From positions 124,001 through 188,000 of the forward strand of contig AP039706.1 of assembly GCA_051599415.1 (NCBI GenBank): DNA of 64,000 nt, read 5' to 3'. A model generated the notes under the pieces. It saw only the letters and a list, made by a program, of their open reading frames with translations. It had not been told where the DNA came from and ran no database searches. Shown here piece after piece: positions 1 through 9,277 of this stretch. A program made the position numbers and the translations under genes. Origin of the DNA: Savitreella phatthalungensis (Eukaryota). The stretch's first letter is position 1. Every line of letters starts with the position of its first letter.

Positions 1-100
1 AGTGAGTGAATGAGTGAGTGAGATGATGTCGCTCGCTCGCTCGCACCTCACCTTGCTCCACTCCACTCCACTCCACTCCACTCCACTGCACTACACTACA
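1..100. repeat. Compound microsatellite (GAGT)n/(CTCG)n/(CTCCA)n
   Basis: Short tandem repeats visible directly upstream of the first gene. Confidence 0.8.
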
Positions 101-290
101 CACCTGGGGAACACATACTCTATTCTCCTTTCCACTGCAACAACCACCAGCGCTACCACGACCATCATCCTGTTGTGTTCGCGCGCATCCGTACCCAATT
201 GTACACACGCAGACTATTCCTCTGCCTGCAGCTGTTCAGAAGTCGCGTTGCAAGTCCCATTCCTTGTAACACAGACCATCGTACTCTAAC

Positions 291-824
291 ATGGCCAACG
301 CCGCAAATGCCAACTCGTCCTCGAAGGGCAAGCGCACAGACGAAGCGCTCTACGAGAAGTGTGTGGAGGAGATCAAGAACAAGCCGAACAAGGATGGAAG
401 CGGGAAAGGCCAATGGGCTGCATGGAAGTCTGCAGAGGCTGTGAAGCTGTACGAGTCAAAGGGTGGAGGTTACGAGGGCAAGGACGGGAGCAAGAACGAG
501 CCGAAGAAGGGTGCGCCAGAACCGAAGAAGGAAGGATCGTCTGGAGGAAGCAACAAGAAGGCCTCGACCGACGGCAACAAGTCGCCAGCCAAGAAGGACG
601 ACAAGAAGAAGGATGAATCGTCCAACAAGCGTGAAGTCGGAGCAACAGCACAGGCAGACGACAAGAAGGAGACCAAGAAGGCAAAAACAGAGCCAAAGAA
701 GGAGGATGCCAAGTCCTCAAAGCCCAAGTCATCATCATCGTCCTCCTCCGCCGCAAAGACAAAGACGGCAGCAACCCCACAGGGAAAGACCGAGCGCGTC
801 ACACGCTCACAGGACAAGAAGTAG
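291..824 (+). CDS. Small Lys-rich protein with DUF5872-like N-terminal motif
   Basis: ATG-initiated 177-aa ORF. TDEALYEKCVEEIKNKPNKDGSGKGQWAAWKSAEAVKLYESKGGGY resembles the DUF5872 GQW..KA....Y...GGGY motif; a low-complexity K/S/E tail follows. Confidence 0.7.
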   Translation: MANAANANSSSKGKRTDEALYEKCVEEIKNKPNKDGSGKGQWAAWKSAEAVKLYESKGGGYEGKDGSKNEPKKGAPEPKKEGSSGGSNKKASTDGNKSPAKKDDKKKDESSNKREVGATAQADDKKETKKAKTEPKKEDAKSSKPKSSSSSSSAAKTKTAATPQGKTERVTRSQDKK

Positions 825-1326
825 GACAAGAGGTTGGATCGTTCAAACCCTCACTCTCCATTCTCAATCCTGTCAGAGCACCGTCCCGCCTTCCACCCCT
901 TCACTCTTACACACCTCCACACCCACGCACCCACACAGAAACTCTGTCTGTAACGTATCTTCCTCTCGTTGTATCTTGGTAGTGTAGTCAAAGTAAAGTT
1001 AAGTAAAGTAAAGCAATCACTCGGGACTGCGTGCTCGGCTGAGCCGAGTGTACAGCTGGTAACACTCTTTGGATGTTGTTGTTGGGAAGAAGGATATGCC
1101 GAAGAGTTTAAAATGGACTTTCAACTATGATGTCAATTCCCATCCATCTCCACATCAACCCTTGCACATACACAGACACTTACACGCACACCTACACATA
1201 CTCACATACCTTCAAAGACACCCTCTCCCTCAGGGACAGATACTAGACTCTAGTCAGCCAGTCCTCTACCGGCGCTCGCTATCTCTGGCACTCTAGTCAC
1301 ACCAGTCGCCAAAAGCATTGGAAACC

Positions 1327-3129
1327 ATGTCATCGCAAGACAAGCGAGAAGGAAAGCTTCTACAACCTCATCTAGATCCAAACTACTCTGCAAGGCCAGA
1401 GACTATCCTTCCGTCAGATGATCCTCAACGTGACTCATCGCTAAAGCTCAAGGGAGGTGACGTACACAGGGATCTCTACAGGATCGATGCGCGTGCAGCA
1501 CAAGCAAAGCATCGGCGGACTCGATCAGATCCCCAGGTCCCCACAGAGGATACTCTCACTTCCTCCGGCAGCAATACACCAGCCCGTGACGGTACACCCA
1601 CCATCACACTCCCAGATCCATCTACACAGCGGAGACCTGGCGGTTTCAGAAGAGCGTACCTTCAGCAGCAGAACCGCCAAGCTAATCACCGTCGAGGATA
1701 CACTCTAGCTGCCTTGCCAGGTCATGCTTCCTTCGTGCAGTTCCTAGATCTGTATGGTTCCTTCGCAGGAGAAGATCTCGCAGATACGGACGATGATGAT
1801 GACGATGATGACGACGAGAATGACGGTGAAGCAGATAGAGAGGAGGACGGTCGTGACGATGACGACAGGGAAGGTCAGTCTCAGAGACGTGGAGAGAGAA
1901 GACCACTTCTAAATCAGCGTCGATCTACAAAGAAGTCGTCCTCGAAGGAAGAAGCAGGCAGTACAAAGACCTTCTTCCTCCTTCTCAAATCCTTCATTGG
2001 GACAGGTGTCCTATTCCTCCCAAAAGCCTTCCGAAATGGAGGCCTCATCTTCAGTTCTGCTATGCTGCTCTTCGTCTCCTTCATCACCTGCGTCGCATTC
2101 CATCTGCTGCTGCAGTGCCGACGCAAGCACCCAGGTGGATACGGCGATATCGGCCAGGCAGTTGCAGGGCCACGGATGCGCAATATCATTCTCATCTCCG
2201 TCGCCCTGTCCCAGGTCGGATTCGTCTGTGCCGGCGTCATCTTCACTGCAGAAAATATGAGATCTTTCCTTGATGCTGTCACAGGTGGTGGACCACCACT
2301 CAGCACCAACGCTCTCATCGCCATCCAGATCGCACTCCTCCTCCCACTCGCACTCGTCCGCAACATCTCAAAGCTCGGATCAGCCGCGCTTCTCGCAGAC
2401 GTCTTCATCCTAGCAGGTCTGGCCTACATCTGGTACTACGACACCTGGAAGATCGTTCACCAGAAAGGTCTGCAGAAGGGTGTGGTCATGTTCAACCCAT
2501 CTGATTTCGCTCTCACCATCGGATCGACCATCTTCACATTCGAAGGAATAGGATTGATCCTACCGATCCAGCAGTCTATGAAGAAACCTCAGCACTTCTC
2601 CAAGCTTCTCTACGGCGTGATGGCGCTCATCACCGTCGTTTTTGCGGCGGTCGGTTTTCTCTCATACGCAGCCTTTGGCGACACAACAAAAGTCGAGATC
2701 ATCGACAATCTTCCACAGACAAACAAGCTCGTCAACGCCGTCCAGTGCCTTTACTCCCTCGCCATCCTCGTTGGCACGCCAGTCCAATTGTTCCCGGCAG
2801 TGCGTATCCTCGAGGGCTACGTGTTTGGCAGGCGGTCAGGCAAGCGTGACACGACGACCAAGTGGAAGAAGAACGGTTTCCGAGTCCTGGTGACCATCAT
2901 CGCCGGCGTCATCGCCGCTGCAGGCGCTGACGATCTAGACAAGTTCGTCGCTCTCCTCGGCAGTATCGCCTGTGTACCTCTCGTCTACATCTACCCTGCG
3001 TTCCTGCACTACAAGGCGATCGCATCCACAAGGCTCGTACGGCTAGCAGACCTGATCTTCATGATCGCCGGCGTCGCAGCAGCCCTTTTCACAGGCACCG
3101 TTACCATCCAGCGCTGGGTCACCAGCTGA
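1327..3129 (+). CDS. avt3: Vacuolar amino acid transporter, Avt3/Avt4 family (Aa_trans)
   Basis: LKGGDVHRDLY, PGGFRR and FLDLYGSFAGEDL N-terminal motifs; LLLKSFIGTGVLFLPKAFRNGG; multiple TM segments. First ATG is at 1327. Confidence 0.92.
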   Translation: MSSQDKREGKLLQPHLDPNYSARPETILPSDDPQRDSSLKLKGGDVHRDLYRIDARAAQAKHRRTRSDPQVPTEDTLTSSGSNTPARDGTPTITLPDPSTQRRPGGFRRAYLQQQNRQANHRRGYTLAALPGHASFVQFLDLYGSFAGEDLADTDDDDDDDDDENDGEADREEDGRDDDDREGQSQRRGERRPLLNQRRSTKKSSSKEEAGSTKTFFLLLKSFIGTGVLFLPKAFRNGGLIFSSAMLLFVSFITCVAFHLLLQCRRKHPGGYGDIGQAVAGPRMRNIILISVALSQVGFVCAGVIFTAENMRSFLDAVTGGGPPLSTNALIAIQIALLLPLALVRNISKLGSAALLADVFILAGLAYIWYYDTWKIVHQKGLQKGVVMFNPSDFALTIGSTIFTFEGIGLILPIQQSMKKPQHFSKLLYGVMALITVVFAAVGFLSYAAFGDTTKVEIIDNLPQTNKLVNAVQCLYSLAILVGTPVQLFPAVRILEGYVFGRRSGKRDTTTKWKKNGFRVLVTIIAGVIAAAGADDLDKFVALLGSIACVPLVYIYPAFLHYKAIASTRLVRLADLIFMIAGVAAALFTGTVTIQRWVTS

Positions 3130-3497
3130 GTCAAGGTTCCGACTCCTGTAAGCATCAGACTCAGGCTCAGACTCAGAGTCAATGCTAGAGTCCAAAGCCA
3201 GAGTCAGAAGCCAGAGCATGTGTACAAGTAGATAATCAAGCCATCTTGGATAGCCTTTCGAGGCAAAAGAATAACAGGCTTATAACCATTAAATTTTCAC
3301 GTGCCCTCTCTTCTTTCGTCCACAAAATAAATAAATACAGAAACAGAGAACAACAGGGTTACACCATAGTACAGATCGACCGCGCAACGGAATCGTCAAT
3401 CGTCTAGCACATCTCATCAACGTCTTCAAAGACATCTAGCCTCCTTATCTAGCTCTACGTCCGCCACCTTTTTAGTTGTGAGGATCAGTGGAGACCA

Positions 3498-6206
3498 ATG
3501 GCTGACTTTGCGACGCCAAAGGTCATCCGGCGCGTGAAGACCGGCTTAGATCCAACAGGGACGCCTACTCGGTCGACGCCTGGAGGCAGAGGATCGCCCT
3601 TACCTACGCGCAAAGTGCTCGGTGTCCCAGGCTCAGCTTCTCGTCCCATGAGTCCAGCGCCTGGTGTGATTCCGAGGCGACCGCCATCTTCTGCAGCAAG
3701 GCAGTACTCGAACTCACGCACAGCACAGTCACCCATCACTTCACGCCCACCGTCCTCACTCGGTATGGCATACACCACGAGCGATCACTCAAACTACAAC
3801 ACGCGCCCGCCTTCCAGCATGTCCTCGCGCAGCACTGGCGTCAACATCATGACCAACATTGGCGGCACTTCCGCGGACAACGTCGTCGTCTCAGTCAGAC
3901 TCAGGCCACCACTCCAGCAGACCATGAATCGGGCGTGGGAGCACGATGAGAAGACCGTCAGATCGATCGGTAGCCAGACTGGTGGAAGTACAGCAGCAGC
4001 ATCAGCAGGTGGTCTCGACTTCGCCTACGACCATGTCTTTGCTGAAGCGGACAACAACGCCGCGGTGTATGAGCGGTCTGTGCGGAAGCTCGTACGAGGC
4101 GTGGTGGATGGATTCCATGGCACTGTATTTGCATACGGCATGACCGGGACTGGAAAAACGTACTCGATGCTGGGGACCGCGCACGACCAAGGCATCATCC
4201 CGCTAGCGCTCCAGGACGTGTTTGCGGCCATCGCTGCAGACACAGACAATCGATACACCCTCAGAGCATCGTACCTCGAGATCTACAACGAGCGCATCAA
4301 GGACCTCCTCAACACCAAGTCGGCTGACGACGATGAAGAGATCAAATTGCGAGAAGACCCGAAACGCGGTATCTACGCATACCCAGTGACTGAGCTGCCA
4401 GTGACAGATCTCCAGGGATTCCTCGCCATCCTCGAGCAGGGCGACCGGATACGGCATAGTGCAGCCACAGATTTCAACGCCCATTCATCTCGATCGCACG
4501 CCGTCGTCCAGGTCGTCATTGAGAGTCTGCCGGCGGTCATGGACGCATCGCTTTCGAGGCAAGCAGGCACTGCCAAGCTTTCGACCTTGAATCTGATCGA
4601 TCTTGCAGGGTCGGAGAAGGCGGCATCAGACAGCGAACGCCGGAAAGAGGGCGCCTACATCAACAAGTCACTGCTCACCCTCGGTACTGTTATCGCCAGA
4701 CTTACAAGCGGTGCAGCCAACCTCAGCCACGTCCCCTTCCGAGACTCCAAGCTCACACGCCTCCTCCAGAACGCACTTTCGGGGCTCAACCTCGTCTCGA
4801 TCCTAGCAACAGCACATCTGGATCCTCGCTTCGTCGGCGAGACCACGAATACTCTCAAGTTCGCCGCACGAGCCAAGTTCATCCCAGCGCAGCGAGCGAA
4901 AAAGGCAGAACTCTTCGGTGGCGATACAACGCTTCTCGTCGCCAGTCTCAGGTCGGAAATCTCTGTCCTCCGAGTACAGCTGTTCGAAGCACAGACACAG
5001 CTCGCCAAGCACAATGGTCTCCCACCACCCTCGGCGCCGGCGCAGGATCTCATCGCAGATGACCACGCCTCACCATCTACACATCTGCTATCGCGCATCA
5101 CAGCACTCGAAAGAGATCGATCCTCGAGCGAAGACTACATCCGCTCTCTCGAGTCACGTCTAAGCAAGTACGAGACCGTCAAGCGGCCATCTCTTGAAGC
5201 TCTGGCTTCTCACGCTCGCACGGGGTCAGCCAACGGTCTAGTCACGAACGGACCATCCCCGATGAGTCCGACCGGCCACGGAGGCAGAAGCTCCTCTCTG
5301 AGCACGCTCTCGTACGCGGCCTCCCCTCGCAGCCCAGAGAACTTCTCACTGCCGTCGCGTCTATCATCGAGCGGTCAGATTCAGGCGCCCCTCGGCCGCA
5401 GTCTCCTGTCTGCCGTAAGCACCCTGACAGCTTCCGCCACGGAATCGACATCTAATTCAACGGCAACGGAACTCCAGGAGCAAGACCGTCTTCTCGCTCA
5501 GCGCGTCCTGGACGAGTCGCAGCGATCGCGTGATCATATTCGCGATCTGTCTGCCAAACTCGATCGTTTCAAGCGGCGTGAGGAAGAGCGCGCAGTCTTG
5601 ACACCGACAAAGAACGGGCTAGAAGATACATTCACTCAGGCAAGAGCGCTCTCGCCGATCGAAAGTGTTCGCACCGCAAGAGAATCGATCCTCACAGCCG
5701 CTGAGTTCCTCAACAGCTCGAATCTAGTCGATCCGCCGCCAGTCCCTCGAAAGGACCCGCCGTCGCCTGTGAGCGTGGCCACAAGTACTCGGAAACCGAT
5801 CGGGGTCTCCCAGCTGAATGGCCTGTCTGTTGGCAAGGAGAACTCACCACCCGGTACATCTTCCTCCGCCACCGCGTCCACAAGCCTGCTCAACAAAGCC
5901 CTCCCGCCGCCTACAGCAGACTCCAGCCACCATCAGCAGCAGCACGTACCGCTGCCGCTGCCGCCGCCGTTGTCGGCAGGCACAGACCGCAGTTCCAGTC
6001 CATCACCATCAATCTCGACCACATCCTCATCAGCCAACACGACCGGCCCGACAACGGCCAAGAAGTTCAAGATCAAGGCAGGTCATCTGCTCGCCACTTC
6101 GATCAACGGCAATCCCAACACAATCGTCAGTCCCGTACAGAAGAGAGCGCATGTCACAGTCGTATCGCCTAAAATAACACCACCTCGAGACGACACTTTC
6201 ATCTAG
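3498..6206 (+). CDS. Kinesin-7 family motor (Kip2/Tea2/KipA-like)
   Basis: Motor motifs FAYGMTGTGKT, SSRSH, LIDLAGSE and VPFRDSKLTRLLQ, then coiled coil. GMTGTGKT is typical of Tea2/Kip2. Confidence 0.9.
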   Translation: MADFATPKVIRRVKTGLDPTGTPTRSTPGGRGSPLPTRKVLGVPGSASRPMSPAPGVIPRRPPSSAARQYSNSRTAQSPITSRPPSSLGMAYTTSDHSNYNTRPPSSMSSRSTGVNIMTNIGGTSADNVVVSVRLRPPLQQTMNRAWEHDEKTVRSIGSQTGGSTAAASAGGLDFAYDHVFAEADNNAAVYERSVRKLVRGVVDGFHGTVFAYGMTGTGKTYSMLGTAHDQGIIPLALQDVFAAIAADTDNRYTLRASYLEIYNERIKDLLNTKSADDDEEIKLREDPKRGIYAYPVTELPVTDLQGFLAILEQGDRIRHSAATDFNAHSSRSHAVVQVVIESLPAVMDASLSRQAGTAKLSTLNLIDLAGSEKAASDSERRKEGAYINKSLLTLGTVIARLTSGAANLSHVPFRDSKLTRLLQNALSGLNLVSILATAHLDPRFVGETTNTLKFAARAKFIPAQRAKKAELFGGDTTLLVASLRSEISVLRVQLFEAQTQLAKHNGLPPPSAPAQDLIADDHASPSTHLLSRITALERDRSSSEDYIRSLESRLSKYETVKRPSLEALASHARTGSANGLVTNGPSPMSPTGHGGRSSSLSTLSYAASPRSPENFSLPSRLSSSGQIQAPLGRSLLSAVSTLTASATESTSNSTATELQEQDRLLAQRVLDESQRSRDHIRDLSAKLDRFKRREEERAVLTPTKNGLEDTFTQARALSPIESVRTARESILTAAEFLNSSNLVDPPPVPRKDPPSPVSVATSTRKPIGVSQLNGLSVGKENSPPGTSSSATASTSLLNKALPPPTADSSHHQQQHVPLPLPPPLSAGTDRSSSPSPSISTTSSSANTTGPTTAKKFKIKAGHLLATSINGNPNTIVSPVQKRAHVTVVSPKITPPRDDTFI

Positions 6207-6339
6207 GGTGATCAGGAGGTTCCAGAGGAAGTTTGTACTATAGTAGTAGTAGATGAGAATCGCTGTTGCTAGACTGTTTGAAGGTACTGTAGGTTGAACG
6301 GTTTGGACTATTTGGATTGTCACAGATCGGTTCTTTGGT

Positions 6340-6906
6340 TTACAAGAGAACGAGTGCTGCTGTGGTGACTGCTGAGAGTCCCAAGACTGTGTATCCCGTG
6401 CGGTAGACTCCCTTGAGGGTGAGCTCTGAAGCTGTGTCCCAGATCAAGTGTCTGATGCCGTTCCAGGAGTGGAATGCGAACGGTGCAGCGACGACGGTCT
6501 TGATTGCGAGCTTGCTGAACACAGAGAGTGATCCGAATGCGGCGACCAAGGAAGCAGTGTCCAAGTGCCAGCCTAGCACAGGCGCGACCAAGTACGCAGC
6601 ACCAAACACGTACATGCCACCGCTCAGCGTGATACCAGTCAACCGGTTGAACATGGACAAGTACCACGTCAGCTGCGGCTGGTAGATCGACAGGTGAGGC
6701 GAATTAGGGCGCTTCCGCCGCTGAGCACGAAGTAGCGCAAGCGAGTCATCCTGCGACAGCGTCGTCGTCGAAGCAACACGCCGTCCTGAGCCACGCCCAG
6801 TAATAGATGAAGCATTCATCAGTGAAGGCAGGAGCGACACGGCAGGCACCATCCGTGGCGCCAACCGCGCTGCCCGCGCAGCAATCATACTCTGTCTAGC
6901 TAGCAT
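6340..6906 (-). CDS. SDH3: Succinate dehydrogenase cytochrome b560 subunit
   Basis: RPNSPHLSIYQPQLTW and FHSWNGIRHLIWD; Arg-rich mitochondrial presequence from ATG 6906. Confidence 0.95.
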   Translation of the reverse strand: MLARQSMIAARAARLAPRMVPAVSLLPSLMNASSITGRGSGRRVASTTTLSQDDSLALLRAQRRKRPNSPHLSIYQPQLTWYLSMFNRLTGITLSGGMYVFGAAYLVAPVLGWHLDTASLVAAFGSLSVFSKLAIKTVVAAPFAFHSWNGIRHLIWDTASELTLKGVYRTGYTVLGLSAVTTAALVLL

Positions 6907-7856
6907 CGTGAGTCGTGATCTCCTTCTTTCCACCTAGATCTTTCTACGTCGCCTATCAGGAGCTACACCAGAGTATCGTAGTGGACTGGGGTACACTTAG
7001 TCACACATACGATGTTGTCGCGCGCAGTACGATTCATCGAAACCCCGTGATGTTCCGTTCAAAAGCGATCGTGGGAAAACTGATGGTCAAAGTAGTAATA
7101 AAATTGAGGAGTAAACATCGGAAAAGTTGTGGAGTAGAACTTTTACTCGTTTTACACCCTAGCACAAGATATACCTACACGTGCAATACATCAACCTCAA
7201 CCTTAACGACATCATCCTCATCAACCCTCAAGCAAGCAACAGTTAGGCCTATTCAAGAATCTAGGCGCAATAGTCACTCAGTAAAGTGGTCGATAGAGCA
7301 TATACACCTCTTTTCATATGATCAGACATCCCGCATTTCCACAGCACTTTACGCGCAACCCGCCATCATCTCCACATCACCCAAACCTCTCATTTGATCC
7401 TGCCAGACACTCGCCAATTACCTTCGGATACAGGGCGCCACAAGCGACAGACCTACAACCCTGCGCATACATCTTCCCCACCGCTACACCACAGGCAGCA
7501 GCGTCAGGTCGCAATCAACAAGGAAATACGCCCGCCAGACCGCGTCTGTAAGCACTCCATACCTATTCACACTCACTCTCAAGGATCGCGTATACGCACA
7601 CTCTTCCAAAATGATGACAATAACGACTAATGAATGAACAAGTCTGAACTCTACTGTATCTGATCCTATCTCGGTGTGTATACTACGGCGTGATTAACGT
7701 TGACGTCGTTTGTGGCAGGTGGTAGTGCACGTGTCTGACCATCAATTCTTCTTTGAATGCACAACTTGATTTAGAAGGTGCCTACAAGCTTCGACGCCGC
7801 CCTTGCCTCTTGCACCCTCTTGTTCTGTCGCGTAGGTCAAGGGGACATCCCTACCT

Positions 7857-9188
7857 ATGGCAGATGCTCGTGCAGACGAGATGGTGCTGTCGCGCGAGGA
7901 GTATGAGCGGTATGGACGCCAGATGATCCTGCCTGGTTTCGGTGTGCGTGTACAGAGTTACTTGAAGGGCAGCCGTGTGCTAGTTGTGGGATGTGGTGGA
8001 TTAGGCTGCCCTGCGATCGCCTACCTTGCCGGTGCTGGGATTGGCACGCTCGGTCTCTGTGACGGCGACACAGTCGACCTCTCCAACCTCCCACGCCAAT
8101 TCCTCCACACCCTCCCCACCACCCCCGACCCTACACAAAAAACCGCCTCAGCTGCCGCCTTCATCGCTCACAGAAACCCACACGTCAACATCATCCAGTT
8201 CCCAGTCAACCTCACCTTCCAAAACGCACCGCAAATCTTCACAACCGACACCACACAAACCACACCAGCCTGGGACATCGTCCTCGACTGCACGGACACC
8301 CAGCCCGTCAGGTACCTGATCTCCGATCTGTGCGTGGTGTATGGAATACCGCTGGTGAGCGGTGGTGCGCTGGGCTTTGACGGTCAGGTGTGCTTGTACA
8401 ACACGGTTGGTGGAGGTGGCGCATGCTACCGGTGTATGTTTCCTCGTGCTACGCCTGCTGCGGCGTCGCCCAGCTGCGGCGAGGCCGGCGTGCTTGGGTC
8501 AGCCGTTGGCGCGATCGGACTCATGCAGGCGACCGAAATCATCAAGCTCCTGGTCCGTTCCGCAAACGCCCTCCCACCGCCCAAACCGTCCATGCACCTC
8601 TACAGCGCCTTCGCAGACACCCCGTGGCGGACCATCGTCCTCAGGCCACCGCGCAAGGACTGCTTCGCCTGCGCACCCCACAACCGCTCAGGCCTCCGCG
8701 CACGCTTCATGGGAGACCGCACGGACGCAGATGCGGCTGCGTATCACGCACTCTGTGTGCCGCCGGCCGCGGCTTCCGTCGCTGACGAGGACGTTGTGGT
8801 GGCTGGGGAGTGTCGGATGGATGCAGCGTCGCTGGTGGCCGGTGCTGGGCGGAGGTCTGAGTCGCAGGAGCTGTCGCTGGATGGATCGTGGAGTGTGATT
8901 GACGTGCGGCCTGCTGCCGAGTTCGCCGTGTATCACCTTCCGGGTGCCGTCAGTCTACCGCTCGACCTCCTCCGCTCTGCCACCCGGGACACGCTCGACG
9001 CCGTCATCCTAAACCAACACACACCCATCCTGCTCGTCTGCAAGCACGGCAACGACTCACTCAAAGCACAGCGCATCATCCGCAACAGACTCGCAACCGC
9101 AGGAGCAACACACCAGCCAAACATCACCGACCTCGACGGCGGTCTCGACGCCCTCGCTAACCTCATTCATGCAGTCCCAAAATACTGA
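7857..9188 (+). CDS. UBA4: Adenylyltransferase/sulfurtransferase Uba4/MOCS3 (ThiF + rhodanese)
   Basis: RYGRQMIL, VGCGGLG, SNLPRQ, DCTD, CYRC/CFAC zinc sites, and rhodanese IDVRP...CKHGNDS. Confidence 0.93.
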   Translation: MADARADEMVLSREEYERYGRQMILPGFGVRVQSYLKGSRVLVVGCGGLGCPAIAYLAGAGIGTLGLCDGDTVDLSNLPRQFLHTLPTTPDPTQKTASAAAFIAHRNPHVNIIQFPVNLTFQNAPQIFTTDTTQTTPAWDIVLDCTDTQPVRYLISDLCVVYGIPLVSGGALGFDGQVCLYNTVGGGGACYRCMFPRATPAAASPSCGEAGVLGSAVGAIGLMQATEIIKLLVRSANALPPPKPSMHLYSAFADTPWRTIVLRPPRKDCFACAPHNRSGLRARFMGDRTDADAAAYHALCVPPAAASVADEDVVVAGECRMDAASLVAGAGRRSESQELSLDGSWSVIDVRPAAEFAVYHLPGAVSLPLDLLRSATRDTLDAVILNQHTPILLVCKHGNDSLKAQRIIRNRLATAGATHQPNITDLDGGLDALANLIHAVPKY

Positions 9189-9277
9189 ACAAATATGACT
9201 GTCCATTACGCTTACACTACATTACAGTTATCATAAATACACGAAGTCCAGGGGGGGATTCGATGCTCGCTCCCCCC

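Noticed and set aside
6915..7630. Short ORFs between SDH3 and UBA4
   Set aside because: No recognisable motif, low complexity and mostly non-ATG starts; treated as promoter DNA
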